IMG/VR virus record: IMGVR_UViG_3300002348_000001 | Coordinates: 19,979-83,978 of that record | Source: a virus | Lineage: Duplodnaviria; Heunggongvirae; Uroviricota; Caudoviricetes | DNA length: 64,000 nucleotides | Direction: 5' to 3' (one strand) | In this document: positions 1 to 11,000 of the stretch, piece by piece | How the letters are laid out: each line of letters opens with the position of its first letter | Position numbering within the stretch: position 1 is the first letter of the stretch | Made by a program: the position numbers and the translations under genes | Notes under the pieces: model-generated | Seen by the model: only the letters and a program-made list of their open reading frames with translations | Told to the model about the DNA's origin: nothing | Databases searched by the model: none

Positions 1-3000
1 TATATTTACCTAAAAGGGTAATGTTATTTTTTGCCTCTCCATCAAATGTATAGCCATCAACAACTATTTTAGCTGCTGGTGTAGGAGCTACAGGAGCTGC
101 TGGGGCTGTTGGGGTTAGCACCTTCGGTGTTGTTACCACTGTTTTTGGAATAACAAACTTATCCGCATTATCAGTGATTGTAAAATAAACCCCTTCTCTA
201 TTAACATCTTCCTCATTTTTTAAAGGACGAGCTATTGTTGTAAGAGGAATATTCTCTGCATTTCTTTTATTACCATCCGCATCTTTATTAGATAGTAGAT
301 AAGATTGGTAGTTAGGCCATGTTTTTATTTCTAAAGATCCATCTTTTTTAACACCAATAATTTCAGAATAAGGTTCATTCCAAGATTTATTTATAATAGT
401 GGCATTAACATTATTATACATGTCCTGTATAAGAGACATTAAATTATCTTGGTTTTCTTGAATGGATAATGGACCAAAAGGAATGTTTCCTCCTTTTCCA
501 GATAAGAATAATTTTAATATTCCATCTGCATCTTTTTCAAACCATATACTGTTATATCCTGGATTCTTTCTGTTACCATCAACCACTTTAGGAACTCCCC
601 AATATACAACAGATTTGAGCCAATCTAATATAACTAAAGAATCTGCTGATTTAGCATTACCATCTTTTTCTACATTTCTAGAAAGTCTTAAAATCATATT
701 ATATATTAAAGAAGCTTCTTTCTCATTAAACTTTCTATTGTTTAGTTTAACAAGACCATTTGCTGTCTTTAATAATGGTCTACCTTTAGCATTAGTAAAT
801 GTAACGCTACCATTTTCTTCCGCACCTTCTGTAGTACGAAGAACAATTACATTATTGTTTTCTAATCCTTTTGGAACAAGTCCAGCCTCTTCTACAGAGT
901 TTTTAGCTCGGTAGTTAGTCTGTTCAACTCCTTTATCATCTGTATATTTTTCATTTTGTAAAATACCAAATGAAGCGTCTATTCTATATTGTACAAGGTC
1001 AACAGTTGATAATATACCATCTCTCCATGTTTTATACTGCTCTATTAATGCCTTTTTAACATTATCTGGAGTGGTACTTCTAAACATAGAAGATGGCTTA
1101 CCACTCTTACTATATTCAGCACTCCATTCTAATCCCTCATCAGGCATCACCTGATATATTGCATTATCTAATTTATCTACTCCTTCAGGAATAACTTCTC
1201 CATTAACATCAACAAGTTCTCCATCTGTATTAACCATAACAAGAGCTATCACTCCTGCTTTTTGCTCTGGTGTGCCTTCTCCAAAAAGTCTATCTATTAA
1301 TCCAGGTATAAGACTAGCTTGGTTGTTAATTGTAACTAATACACCACGGATATTTGCTTTATTAGGAAGAGTGGGGAAATTGTTACCAAACTTATTAGCT
1401 CTTATATGATGAGGCTTGTCTGACTTTGAAGGCACCTTTGTACTAGTGACAATAGAAATGTCATCCTTTTTAGCATCAGGCTCATAAGTTTCATCATACT
1501 GAAGAGTTTGTTGATCAGCTACCATTGTTCCTAAAATAGCTTGTTTAAACTCTTCATTTTTAGCCAGTCTAGCTTCCTGTTCTTTTTGTTGTTTATGTTT
1601 TTTAGCTACTTCCTCAAATGTATTTAAAATTAATTCTTTTGCTTTAATTTCTTTTTCTACCTCTTTAAGCTGATTTTGTAACCCCTCCATTTCTTTCCTA
1701 AGTTCTTCTAAAGATCTTTCATTAGGAATGACGTCAAGTTCATCTATATCAGCAATATCTCTTTCAAATTCAGAAAGATCTGATAATAGATTTGGGTTTG
1801 CCTGTAAGTAAGATTGATAATCTGGATAGACACCTTTAGCAGAAAGATCTTTATTTAAAAACTCTACAAGTCCTAATGGTGTATATGGAAGATTTGGATA
1901 TTTTGCTTCAAACTTTTTAATAAGATCTAATGCAAAATCAACAGCTGTTTTTAATGCACCGTCCACTTGATCCATTAATTTAGACAAAGCATTAATTTGT
2001 TTTCCTACACTTTCTTGTAATAGGTTTAAATTTAAAGCTTGCTCATTAAGATCTTCTAATAAATCTTTTCCTTCCTCAGGAAACTCATCAATATTTTGAG
2101 CCATATCAGCTACATAAGACTGATTAAACTCTATCTCATCTCTTTCAGCTTCTAATGCTTCTATTTCTAAACGAAGGTCTTCCTTCATTCTAGAAAGTCT
2201 ATTAGCAGCTTTAATTGCTTTATTTGTAGAAGATTTAAAATTGTTTTTCTTAGTGATAGCACCACTACTAATTTTTTCTTCTAATACTTTCATCTCCTCA
2301 ACAATCCTATCCACTTGCTCTTTTTTCTGAGCAATAAGTGTATTAGTTTTGTCTAGCTTAGCAGAAAGATTGTCAAATAAATTAGTAAGTATTTCAAGTC
2401 TACTAGCTCTTCTTGCTTCTATTCTTGCGTCTCTTTCAGCAGCAAACTCTTCTTCTGATTTTTGTTGAACAGCTGTAAGAGTACCAAAAGCTTTTATCAT
2501 TCCATGTTGGTAGCCTTCTTTAGCTTTAAAGTCTTGTCCTACAATTTCTTTTGTTCTTATTTTTCCTTTTGCATCTTTGTATACAAATAATAAAATTCCT
2601 TCTTTAGGAGAATATTGAAGTCTTCCTTTTGCAGGCTGTCCATTCACTTTAATACCGTAATGTTCATATACGGTATTAATATTATCCATGTAAAACTTAG
2701 CTTTTTTATTTTTTTCTGTATCACTCACCTTCCCCAACTTATAACTAGCCAGTTCTTCCTTAGATATATTTTTAATAATTCCTGTAGACCCTTTTATTCT
2801 TATTGTGCCATCCTCATTTTCACCAAGAATTGTTAACTTAGGAAAGTTATGAACTTCTTTACCATCTTTACTATAAGAGACAACACTACCTAAATAATAC
2901 TCTGTACCCACTTCAATATCTTCTTCCCCATCTTTTGTCTTAATTTTAACAATCTGCTTTTCTTTAATTTTTGTATCAGGAGCAAATTCTTCTTCTTCCT

Positions 3001-5161
3001 CTTCTGTATATTTCTCTGGATTGTTTTTAATATCATTATATTCATCTAAAAACTTAGCTCTACGTGCAGATAATTCAGCCACATCTTCTAAAGCTATTTT
3101 AAGATCTGCCACTTTTTCTGGTAATAAATTTTTACCAAGAGCATCAATTTCTGCCATAGCAGCATTAAAAGAATCACTACTTCCAGCTACAACATCATTA
3201 ATAACTGTATCAACATCTATATTTATAGCCTCCAAAGAACCAGATAGTTGTGGTATTCTTTTATCATAATCTGCCACTTTAGTAGCAGCATAAATCATTT
3301 TATTTATTGTCTCTGGAGAGTATACAGGTTTACCATCTTTGGTGATAAGATTACCATATCTTAAATTAATAGATTGGTATAAAGATTTTATGCTATCAGC
3401 AGTTTGTTCAAGATTTTCTATTCTCTGTAAATATTGCTCTCTAGTGTCTCCCTCTAATGCTTTACCCTCCGCCTTTAATTGTGCAAATCCTTCTTCAGTC
3501 ATTGCTAATTTTCTATAATCTTCTATGTCAGAACGAACAAGATCCATTCTGCCATATTTAATTCTAGGTGTTAGGTAGTTGATAATATAATCTTGTTCAA
3601 GATCTTTACTCTCTAAAACATCTCCTTGTCTTAAAGCTTTTTCTCTATCCTCTTGAATAGCAGTGCCTCTATTAACAGCAGATATTGTTTCCTTTGTAAA
3701 ATCAGAGAATTTCCATTCATTGGCTTTTTTAATAAATTCTGCTGTATCTTTTGCTTTTTCTCTACTCTCTTGTATTTTCCCTTTAGCCATCATTAAGGCC
3801 CCAGATAAACCACCAATAAGGACATTTTCCATTCCCTCGTTAGTAGTGAGGGTTTGTTTAACTCCTTCTTTAAGACTATCAATAAAATCAGCTGAAGCTC
3901 CTCTGTATTTTTTATTATAATAATCTTGTGTGCCTGATTGAATAGCAAATTGTGCGCCTTCTTCAAAAGCTTCAGATATAGAAAATGTGTAAGGCCTTAT
4001 ATTATTTAATGTAGATAAAACTCTGTTTTTAAAGAATGAAGGGGCCTTTACTAAATTACCAGCAGCATCTTTAGTAACATCTGCCACTTCTTTTGTAAGA
4101 CCATTAACAATCCCTTTTTCAGCCTTATACGAAGCTCCTAGTATTTTAGGAAACTGAATATAGTTAGTAGCTGTTAATAGAGCAGTGTTAAGAAGGAAAG
4201 AAGATGTACCTACATTTTCTGCCTCATTATTAATTTTTTCAAGATCTTCACCTGTTGGAGCAAGTCCAAAGTTTTGTGCTTTATATTCCTCTATTTTCTT
4301 TTTTCTAAATTCATTAGAATTATTATAAGCTTCAAATCCTGCCTCTCCTGTTGTAGCAAGTCCTGCAACAACAGCTCTACCACCAGCATTAAGACTATTA
4401 TATGTAGATAGGTATTTATCAGAAATACTTTTTATCTTACCAAACATGCTAGCTCCTTTATCAGCAGCAAGAAGAGCCTCTTCTGTAGCCACTAAAGCTT
4501 CTGCAGATTTACCTGCTGCAAATAGTTTTGATGTAAGAGGAAGAGCTTTTAAAACAGAAGCATACACACCTCCAGATAAAGCAGCTCCTGCTGAAAATCC
4601 CATATTTTTAATAATGCCATCCCAGAAGAAATTAGCTGTAAACCATTTCTTAGGAGAGTACCAATCTGCGTCTTTTTCTTCTTTTGTATAATAGTTAGCC
4701 CATTTATCTTCAAGATCTTGATTAAATTCATCTAGACTTCTATTAAAATCATTATCATAAAATGATGAAAACTTTCCTGTTTGGGCCCAATTAGCCACAC
4801 CATTAACCAATCCAGCTGTAGACTGTAAAAATGTGGTTCCTGTTAAAGCAAGTCCTTTGCCTACACCATTAATCATTTTGTTTGTCCAAGCTTGTCCTTG
4901 GGCATATAACTCTTCATTATCAACATTCCTAAATGTTTTAGGGTATCTCTTGGAAGTTTCTTGGGTGGAATAAGCATATTTGCTTGTATCTTCCATACCG
5001 AAAGCTTCCATTCTAGCTCTCTGAAGATCTTCTAAAGGATTGTTTCTATTCTCTCCACCAGACCCACTAGGTCCCACTCCTTGAGGAATACCCTCATCCA
5101 ATCTAGCTAGACCTTCATTTTTAATATTATTTGCCCAATCTAAGAAGTTTTGATCACTCAT
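1..5161 (-). CDS. Very large virion/tail-associated protein, C-terminal >1700 aa (3' end lies beyond window start); coiled-coil rich
   Basis: Minus-strand ATG at 5159-5161 overlaps the TGA stop (5158-5160) of the upstream 919-aa gene (ATGA coupling). No credible plus-strand ORF >150 aa across 5 kb; the plus ORFs listed are low-complexity antisense-type. Manual reverse translation gives a continuous K/E-rich coiled-coil-like protein. Confidence 0.6.
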   Translation of the reverse strand, partial: MSDQNFLDWANNIKNEGLARLDEGIPQGVGPSGSGGENRNNPLEDLQRARMEAFGMEDTSKYAYSTQETSKRYPKTFRNVDNEELYAQGQAWTNKMINGVGKGLALTGTTFLQSTAGLVNGVANWAQTGKFSSFYDNDFNRSLDEFNQDLEDKWANYYTKEEKDADWYSPKKWFTANFFWDGIIKNMGFSAGAALSGGVYASVLKALPLTSKLFAAGKSAEALVATEEALLAADKGASMFGKIKSISDKYLSTYNSLNAGGRAVVAGLATTGEAGFEAYNNSNEFRKKKIEEYKAQNFGLAPTGEDLEKINNEAENVGTSSFLLNTALLTATNYIQFPKILGASYKAEKGIVNGLTKEVADVTKDAAGNLVKAPSFFKNRVLSTLNNIRPYTFSISEAFEEGAQFAIQSGTQDYYNKKYRGASADFIDSLKEGVKQTLTTNEGMENVLIGGLSGALMMAKGKIQESREKAKDTAEFIKKANEWKFSDFTKETISAVNRGTAIQEDREKALRQGDVLESKDLEQDYIINYLTPRIKYGRMDLVRSDIEDYRKLAMTEEGFAQLKAEGKALEGDTREQYLQRIENLEQTADSIKSLYQSINLRYGNLITKDGKPVYSPETINKMIYAATKVADYDKRIPQLSGSLEAINIDVDTVINDVVAGSSDSFNAAMAEIDALGKNLLPEKVADLKIALEDVAELSARRAKFLDEYNDIKNNPEKYTEEEEEEFAPDTKIKEKQIVKIKTKDGEEDIEVGTEYYLGSVVSYSKDGKEVHNFPKLTILGENEDGTIRIKGSTGIIKNISKEELASYKLGKVSDTEKNKKAKFYMDNINTVYEHYGIKVNGQPAKGRLQYSPKEGILLFVYKDAKGKIRTKEIVGQDFKAKEGYQHGMIKAFGTLTAVQQKSEEEFAAERDARIEARRASRLEILTNLFDNLSAKLDKTNTLIAQKKEQVDRIVEEMKVLEEKISSGAITKKNNFKSSTNKAIKAANRLSRMKEDLRLEIEALEAERDEIEFNQSYVADMAQNIDEFPEEGKDLLEDLNEQALNLNLLQESVGKQINALSKLMDQVDGALKTAVDFALDLIKKFEAKYPNLPYTPLGLVEFLNKDLSAKGVYPDYQSYLQANPNLLSDLSEFERDIADIDELDVIPNERSLEELRKEMEGLQNQLKEVEKEIKAKELILNTFEEVAKKHKQQKEQEARLAKNEEFKQAILGTMVADQQTLQYDETYEPDAKKDDISIVTSTKVPSKSDKPHHIRANKFGNNFPTLPNKANIRGVLVTINNQASLIPGLIDRLFGEGTPEQKAGVIALVMVNTDGELVDVNGEVIPEGVDKLDNAIYQVMPDEGLEWSAEYSKSGKPSSMFRSTTPDNVKKALIEQYKTWRDGILSTVDLVQYRIDASFGILQNEKYTDDKGVEQTNYRAKNSVEEAGLVPKGLENNNVIVLRTTEGAEENGSVTFTNAKGRPLLKTANGLVKLNNRKFNEKEASLIYNMILRLSRNVEKDGNAKSADSLVILDWLKSVVYWGVPKVVDGNRKNPGYNSIWFEKDADGILKLFLSGKGGNIPFGPLSIQENQDNLMSLIQDMYNNVNATIINKSWNEPYSEIIGVKKDGSLEIKTWPNYQSYLLSNKDADGNKRNAENIPLTTIARPLKNEEDVNREGVYFTITDNADKFVIPKTVVTTPKVLTPTAPAAPVAPTPAAKIVVDGYTFDGEAKNNITLLGKY

Positions 5162-7917
5162 TTTTTAAAGTTTAATCCACTAAGTGTTTTAATTGTTTGA
5201 AGTCTACCTGGAGTTAAGCTATTTATAAAAGACTGTGCTGCATCAGCAGATGGATATGCAACAGGGTATATATCTCCTGGATTTTTATCAGCAATACCTC
5301 TTACATTACCTTCTCCATCTTTTATATAAAAGTAAATATTATGTTGACCAAGATCATTAACTTTTATATCTGCTCCTAAAATATCTGTTTCTTGTCTTTG
5401 ATGAAAGAATGATGGTGGATAATAAGCACCTGTATATGCAACAGGGTTGTTTGGATCTCCTGTTATAGAATTTGTTGTTCTGTTGTTTTCACTCCATGCA
5501 ATTTTTCTATTAACATCTGAAACAGGGGCAGGAAGATTAATAACTGCTCCTTTTATATAATTTGCTGATCTTTTATCAATAGGTAATTGTTGTACTAAAG
5601 TGTTTCCATCATAAAGGTCTAATGTAAAAGTTTCTCCATAACTTCCAGGAGTTCCTCTATCAACACCAATAGAAACATTATACTTGTCTCTATCTTTTCC
5701 TGCTAAAAAGTTAGTAAATTTGTCAACATCTATTGTTCCTTTATAATTATCAATCACTTCATTAAGTCGTTGATTGACAGATTTAATTTGGGGCTCCTTA
5801 GCATCCTCAGGATATAACGAAACAACTAGAGGCTCATTGCCTAACATTTTTTGTTTTAACACTTTTGCTTTAGCAGATAAAACATTTTGACCTACACTAG
5901 ATGTAATTAATTTACTAGTATTAAAAATCCTTTCTATCCCTTCTTCACTAACCCCCGCATCTTTTGCATAAAGTCTAACAACAGGAGAACCAATTAAACC
6001 AGGTATTCTATACGCTTGGCTACCAAATTTTTTTTCTAATTCTTCTTTAGCCTGTTTAGCAAATGCAGAATATTCCTGATTTTTTAAAAAATCATTATTA
6101 TAAACCAAACTAGCATTAAGAATATCTTTAGGTGTTATTTGAAAATTAAAATGTTTTTTCTCTTGAAAAGGCATCCTAGTTCCTCCTAATAAAACATCAT
6201 CTTCACTTAATGATATATTAAAAGAAGGTAGGCCTTTCCCTAATTTAGTAAAATCTAAATTTTCTCCAGAACCTGCACTTAAAACATCGGGATGTTTATT
6301 CAAGTCTTTCACTTCATTTGAATAATCACTTAAAGCTCTTTGATTAGCTTCTGCTACAGGTAATTGTGTAAGAAGAGGTGTATAATATGGATTTTTGGGA
6401 TTTTTTTGAATATCATCTTTAGCCCTATCATAAGTCCTATCTATATATCCAGGAGCATTTTTTTCCCACTCAGTAATATTTTTTCTTATATCTTCATCAG
6501 AAACAGATTTACCATTTGCAAAATTTATTGCTTTAACATAATTAAAGACAAATTGATCTTTTGTTTTCTTAGCACTTTCTTCTATTTTTTGTCCTTTTTC
6601 TATCCAATTAGAAAAAACTTCTACATCATTTAATGATTTTGTTAAATAGTCTGAACCAGGGGTTAAAGGTTTATCTGGATTATTAGGATCGTTTTTCCAT
6701 TTTTCTTTATCTAAAGCAAGTTGTTGTTTAGAAATATCTATTCTAGACCATCCCTGTTTAATATTTTGTTGGTCTGCCCACCAATCTCTTTCATCTTTAA
6801 TACGTTGTCTTTCAGCTTTCCAAGGAGCACTTTCAACATATTTTCTACTTATTGTTTCTGTTGTATAAGCTTCTGTGAATTTATTTTTTAATCCTTGTTC
6901 GTACACTAATGATTTCCATGTATCAAGATCACCCACTTGTCTGGCTCTCTGTATTTTTTCATCGCCATATTGTTTTAAAGTGGAAATATCATTATCTGTT
7001 TTGTCTATAAGACTTTGTATTAATTTTTTCTTTTCAGGATCTGTTTCAGAAGCTCCTTTAGATAGAAGATCTAATCTCTTAGATTCTAAAATAGAAACTC
7101 CTTTGTTCTTTTCTTCCTCATATTGGCGAACAAAATCATCTAATTTATTATATCCTCTATAATTATAAACACCACGCATAGCCATTTCTTGCTTAGCTTC
7201 TGGTCTACTCAAAACAGTGTCAATAGCTGCAGCAATTTTTTCACTGAACTTCCCTTGTTTTATTTCTTCTACAGCATATTCAGAAAGTATAGGAGCTCCT
7301 GCTTTATCGTATAATATTTTACCAGCAGGATCTGTTTTAAATACCTGCTGTGCTTCATATTTACTATCCCCTACAGCCTTTACAGCCTCTATAAGATTTT
7401 TTTCAATATCCCAAGAAGGTGTATATTGCCCTGAAAATTTTATTGGTTTTCCAGACTGATCTTTTAAATTGGGGTTTGATAAATAAGCATTCCTTTTAAG
7501 GTCATAATAATATCTTGCTTGTGGGGTTAGTTTACCAGCTTTTTCATCAGCTTCCATTTGTTTGTTCTGTTCTCTGTCATTAGCTGTTGAATATACAGCT
7601 GCTTGAACAAATGGATCTTTAACAATTTGTGTAGCCATTCCCCCTACAGAATTAACCAATTGTTGGTTAGAAAAATCCCCCGAAGCTACGGTTCTTAATT
7701 TTCCACCAAGTTCATTTAACTTAGACTTTAAATGTTCTTTATCTACATCCCTAGAAACGTCCATACCAGCAATATTATCAATATATCCCTGGATTTTTTG
7801 TACTCCTTGGTCATATTGTTGCTGTTTAGCCATGCCCACTTTAACCATAGCATCAACAGGAAGTTGTTGCACATAGGGGTTAAATGGTTGTATCTGTGTA
7901 TCGGTAAATGAGGCCAT
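5158..7917 (-). CDS. Large virion structural protein (919 aa), function unknown
   Basis: 919-aa ORF in the structural operon, start and stop coupled to neighbours; K/E/D-rich with coiled-coil stretches. Confidence 0.8.
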   Translation of the reverse strand: MASFTDTQIQPFNPYVQQLPVDAMVKVGMAKQQQYDQGVQKIQGYIDNIAGMDVSRDVDKEHLKSKLNELGGKLRTVASGDFSNQQLVNSVGGMATQIVKDPFVQAAVYSTANDREQNKQMEADEKAGKLTPQARYYYDLKRNAYLSNPNLKDQSGKPIKFSGQYTPSWDIEKNLIEAVKAVGDSKYEAQQVFKTDPAGKILYDKAGAPILSEYAVEEIKQGKFSEKIAAAIDTVLSRPEAKQEMAMRGVYNYRGYNKLDDFVRQYEEEKNKGVSILESKRLDLLSKGASETDPEKKKLIQSLIDKTDNDISTLKQYGDEKIQRARQVGDLDTWKSLVYEQGLKNKFTEAYTTETISRKYVESAPWKAERQRIKDERDWWADQQNIKQGWSRIDISKQQLALDKEKWKNDPNNPDKPLTPGSDYLTKSLNDVEVFSNWIEKGQKIEESAKKTKDQFVFNYVKAINFANGKSVSDEDIRKNITEWEKNAPGYIDRTYDRAKDDIQKNPKNPYYTPLLTQLPVAEANQRALSDYSNEVKDLNKHPDVLSAGSGENLDFTKLGKGLPSFNISLSEDDVLLGGTRMPFQEKKHFNFQITPKDILNASLVYNNDFLKNQEYSAFAKQAKEELEKKFGSQAYRIPGLIGSPVVRLYAKDAGVSEEGIERIFNTSKLITSSVGQNVLSAKAKVLKQKMLGNEPLVVSLYPEDAKEPQIKSVNQRLNEVIDNYKGTIDVDKFTNFLAGKDRDKYNVSIGVDRGTPGSYGETFTLDLYDGNTLVQQLPIDKRSANYIKGAVINLPAPVSDVNRKIAWSENNRTTNSITGDPNNPVAYTGAYYPPSFFHQRQETDILGADIKVNDLGQHNIYFYIKDGEGNVRGIADKNPGDIYPVAYPSADAAQSFINSLTPGRLQTIKTLSGLNFKK

Positions 7918-8003
7918 ATTATAAGAATTAACAAAAGTAATTTAAAATATTTTATATACCAAAAGATATAACAGTTTTTATTAATCTGGTATAATCGAAT
8001 TAA

Positions 8004-11000
8004 TTATAGGTTTTTAATAGCTTTTACAATAGATCCATTTCTAGATTTTATTTTAGCCCCATATTTCCCAGTGTCCTCTTTTGAAGATTTTTTAGTGTCC
8101 ACAGTAGTGGGTCTAGCAAAAGGGTTTCCTTCTAAATTAAACTGTGCAGGATCATTGTAATTAATAGCCTGCCCTTTAGGTCCAAATCTATAATTATATA
8201 GATTTTCGTATATGCCTAATGTTTTGTTTTCTAATCTGTTTTTAGCCATTTTGTCAGAAATAGAACTAAGAGCTGCTTGAGCTTGTTGTTTTGTATTTGT
8301 TTTTGCTTGAGCTTGTCTAGTGTATTGTTGATCGTAAAGAGTTAGATTTTTTAACTGAGCATCATTTAGTGTTCCTCTGTTCCTATTATAAACACCTGCT
8401 CTTTCCGCTTGGTTCATTCTAAATTGATTGCCTAATACACCAGAATTAGCTCCGTATTTTTGAGCAGCTAAAGCTGATAGAGCAGCTGGATTATTTCTCA
8501 CTGTCCTTTGAATTGCATTAAAATCTGCTTGATTAGCATTTAATTGATCCTGTAGAGAAATATCAAATGGTTGTTCTAGTAGTGGTTTGTAAGACTGGGC
8601 CTGAACAGGTTCTAATTGATTTGTTGCTAAAGCATATTGCTCTGCCATTAATTGAGAAGGATCTAATGGTTCTTGGTCTGTTGGTCTAAACAAAGGATTT
8701 AAATTAGATATTGCTGACTCTGCCAACCCTCTCCAGTTAAATTTTCCTTTTTGCTTTTCTTCAGGAACTGCTTTTCTAAAATCTATTGGTCCTCCTTTTG
8801 GTTCAAACCCTCCTAATGTTGGTCTTTGTCTATCAATAATAGTTTCTGCAGGAGTTCTTTTTATATCAATAAGATCGTTCATTATTTTATGATATGGGCC
8901 CACTTTCTTATCAGTAGCCAATCTCATAGCAATATTCTTTTTTTCCTCAAAAGTTTTGCCTTTTTTCAAAGCATTTTTTACATCCTCTGCATCTTGTCCA
9001 CCATAGTTTTCTAAACGAGAAATAAGATCTCTAGCTTTAGTAGGGTTGTTAAAAGCTTCTTTTACTTTAGGAATCCATTTAGAAGAATAACTATCTTTAT
9101 TCCAAAGCTCATTTCCAGAAACAGGCATTGCATTATAATCAATATATCCTGGTTGTTTTGCTCTTATTAAAAACTCTTCTGTACCATCTTGAGCTGTCTG
9201 TAGTTTAGCTCCAAACTTAGCTTTTTTAATTTGTCCTTTAGCAAGAGCATCAGACTCCAGTCCTAATTCTTCTGCTGTATCAAGAATTGCATTTTGCACT
9301 TGAGCTGCTGTTTGTTTTTTCTGAGCTATATTTTTTAATTTCATATCTGCACCAATTAAATTTGCTTGTAAAGCATTCATTTCTAATCCGTCAAAAGGAG
9401 TGTAAACATCTAAATTGTTCACTCTTTCTGTAGACTTATCTATAATTTTATTTTGTTTAGCTTCTGTTTTGGAAATATCATTAATGTAATTCTTAAACTT
9501 CTTCCCTTTAGCTTTTGGATCTTGTAAAGCTTCTACACCATATTTAGGGATTTGCATATTTCCATATACCACCATGCTTTGTTCACCACCATCTTCCATC
9601 TTAATAGCTGGTTCACCTCTTTCCACTTCTACAGGGTTATCGCCATATGTCACCCCTATACCAGATTGTCCTTTTCCATTTGTTTCCTCATGTGATTGTC
9701 CTCTGAACATCACAGTTTCTCCTGTTCCAGGGAGATATGGATTTTGAGAAATGGGTTCTGCATACCCACCCCAATGGGTTTGAAGCTCACCTCCCATTTG
9801 AAACTGATCTTGAGGGAATGTATAATTTTGTGTAATATGTCCTCCAGAGCGTAATGTATTCATTGTTCTATCTGGAGCAAAAAGATCTTTAACATCATAT
9901 TCACCAAATTTAGCTAAGACTTGTGGTTGCCAATCATTTGATACATATCCTCCATCTTCCATGAAAGAAGAATATTGGTTTTGAATATTTTGTCCTGTTT
10001 GTTGGTAAGCAGCTCTTAGTGTATTATCTTCAGCTTGTTTTTGAAATCCTCTAAGTTTTTCTGCATCTTGTGCTCCACCTAAAGCATTTCCAGCAACACC
10101 TCCTAAAAGTCCCCCCACCATTCCACCAACGGGCCCAAAAAACGCTGTTCCTATTGCAGATCCTACACCTTTACCTATAGAAGCTTGGCCAGAACTTTGG
10201 AAATAATCTCCAAACTCTGCTGTAGGAATATGTCCACCATGTCTAAATTGTTTTACATCTGTATCATTTAAAGGCTCATATCCAAGATCATCATAAAGAG
10301 TACCAGGATTGTACATGTTTTGTATCTCTGTTTGGTTACCACCAATTTGTGCACCAAACTCAGCCGCTAAGAAATTACTTCCGCCACCATAACTAGGAGC
10401 CATTTGTTCTGGTTGTAAAATAGTATCTTCAGGTCTAACATATTTACGTCTCACTTTTTCTGGACGCATTTCAGCAGCTTGTGCTGTAAGACCTGTCACT
10501 TGAGCATATTGATCAGCTTTTTTAATATTTTGTTTCTGCTGTTTCATTTCACCAAAACCTTTCATTATATCTCCTGCAGAATCAACAAGGCCAAGCCCTG
10601 CTGCACCAAGCCCTTTTGCAAATCCTGCGCCACCTTTTCCTAAAGCTCCTGCAGGTCCTACATTCATAATTTTTCCAGCTGTTCCAGATCCTCCAAAAAG
10701 ATCTAATGCTTGACTACCCAATTGATTACCACTCATTCCACCAAAATTTCCAGACCCTCCTGTAAATATACTACCAAGTCCACCTAGAATATTTCCTATT
10801 TGACCTGCTTGTTGATTATCAGTTCCTCCTTTAGCTCCTAATAAAGAACTTCCTATACCTGTTAAGGCATTCATTCCCATTTGGGCTTTTTTTATTTTCT
10901 TACCTGTTTTAGCCTTGGCCATATCATTATAATTTGTAAAGTTTGTTAATTGGTCTAATTTTTTTAGTTGACCTCTGTCTTGAATAGATCCACCGTCTTC

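Noticed and set aside
462-4731. Plus-strand ORFs of 60-150 aa (462..914, 2615..2836, 3021..3269, 3663..3920, 4446..4691) and the minus ORF 4549..4731
   Set aside because: Low-complexity antisense-type translations lying inside the long minus-strand coding frame that begins at 5161. The orientation is inconsistent with the operon.
6364-7459. Plus-strand ORFs 6364..6633, 6875..7162, 7217..7459 and others nested in large minus-strand genes (8826..9014, 10968..11150, 11657..12098, 14549..14764, 21676..21975, 24007..24192, 26132..26395, 28006..28209, 30578..30841, 31388..31759, 32688..32978, 35115..35300)
   Set aside because: Each lies antisense within a far longer, better-supported structural gene and has skewed composition (Ser/Leu/Phe-rich), typical of shadow ORFs.
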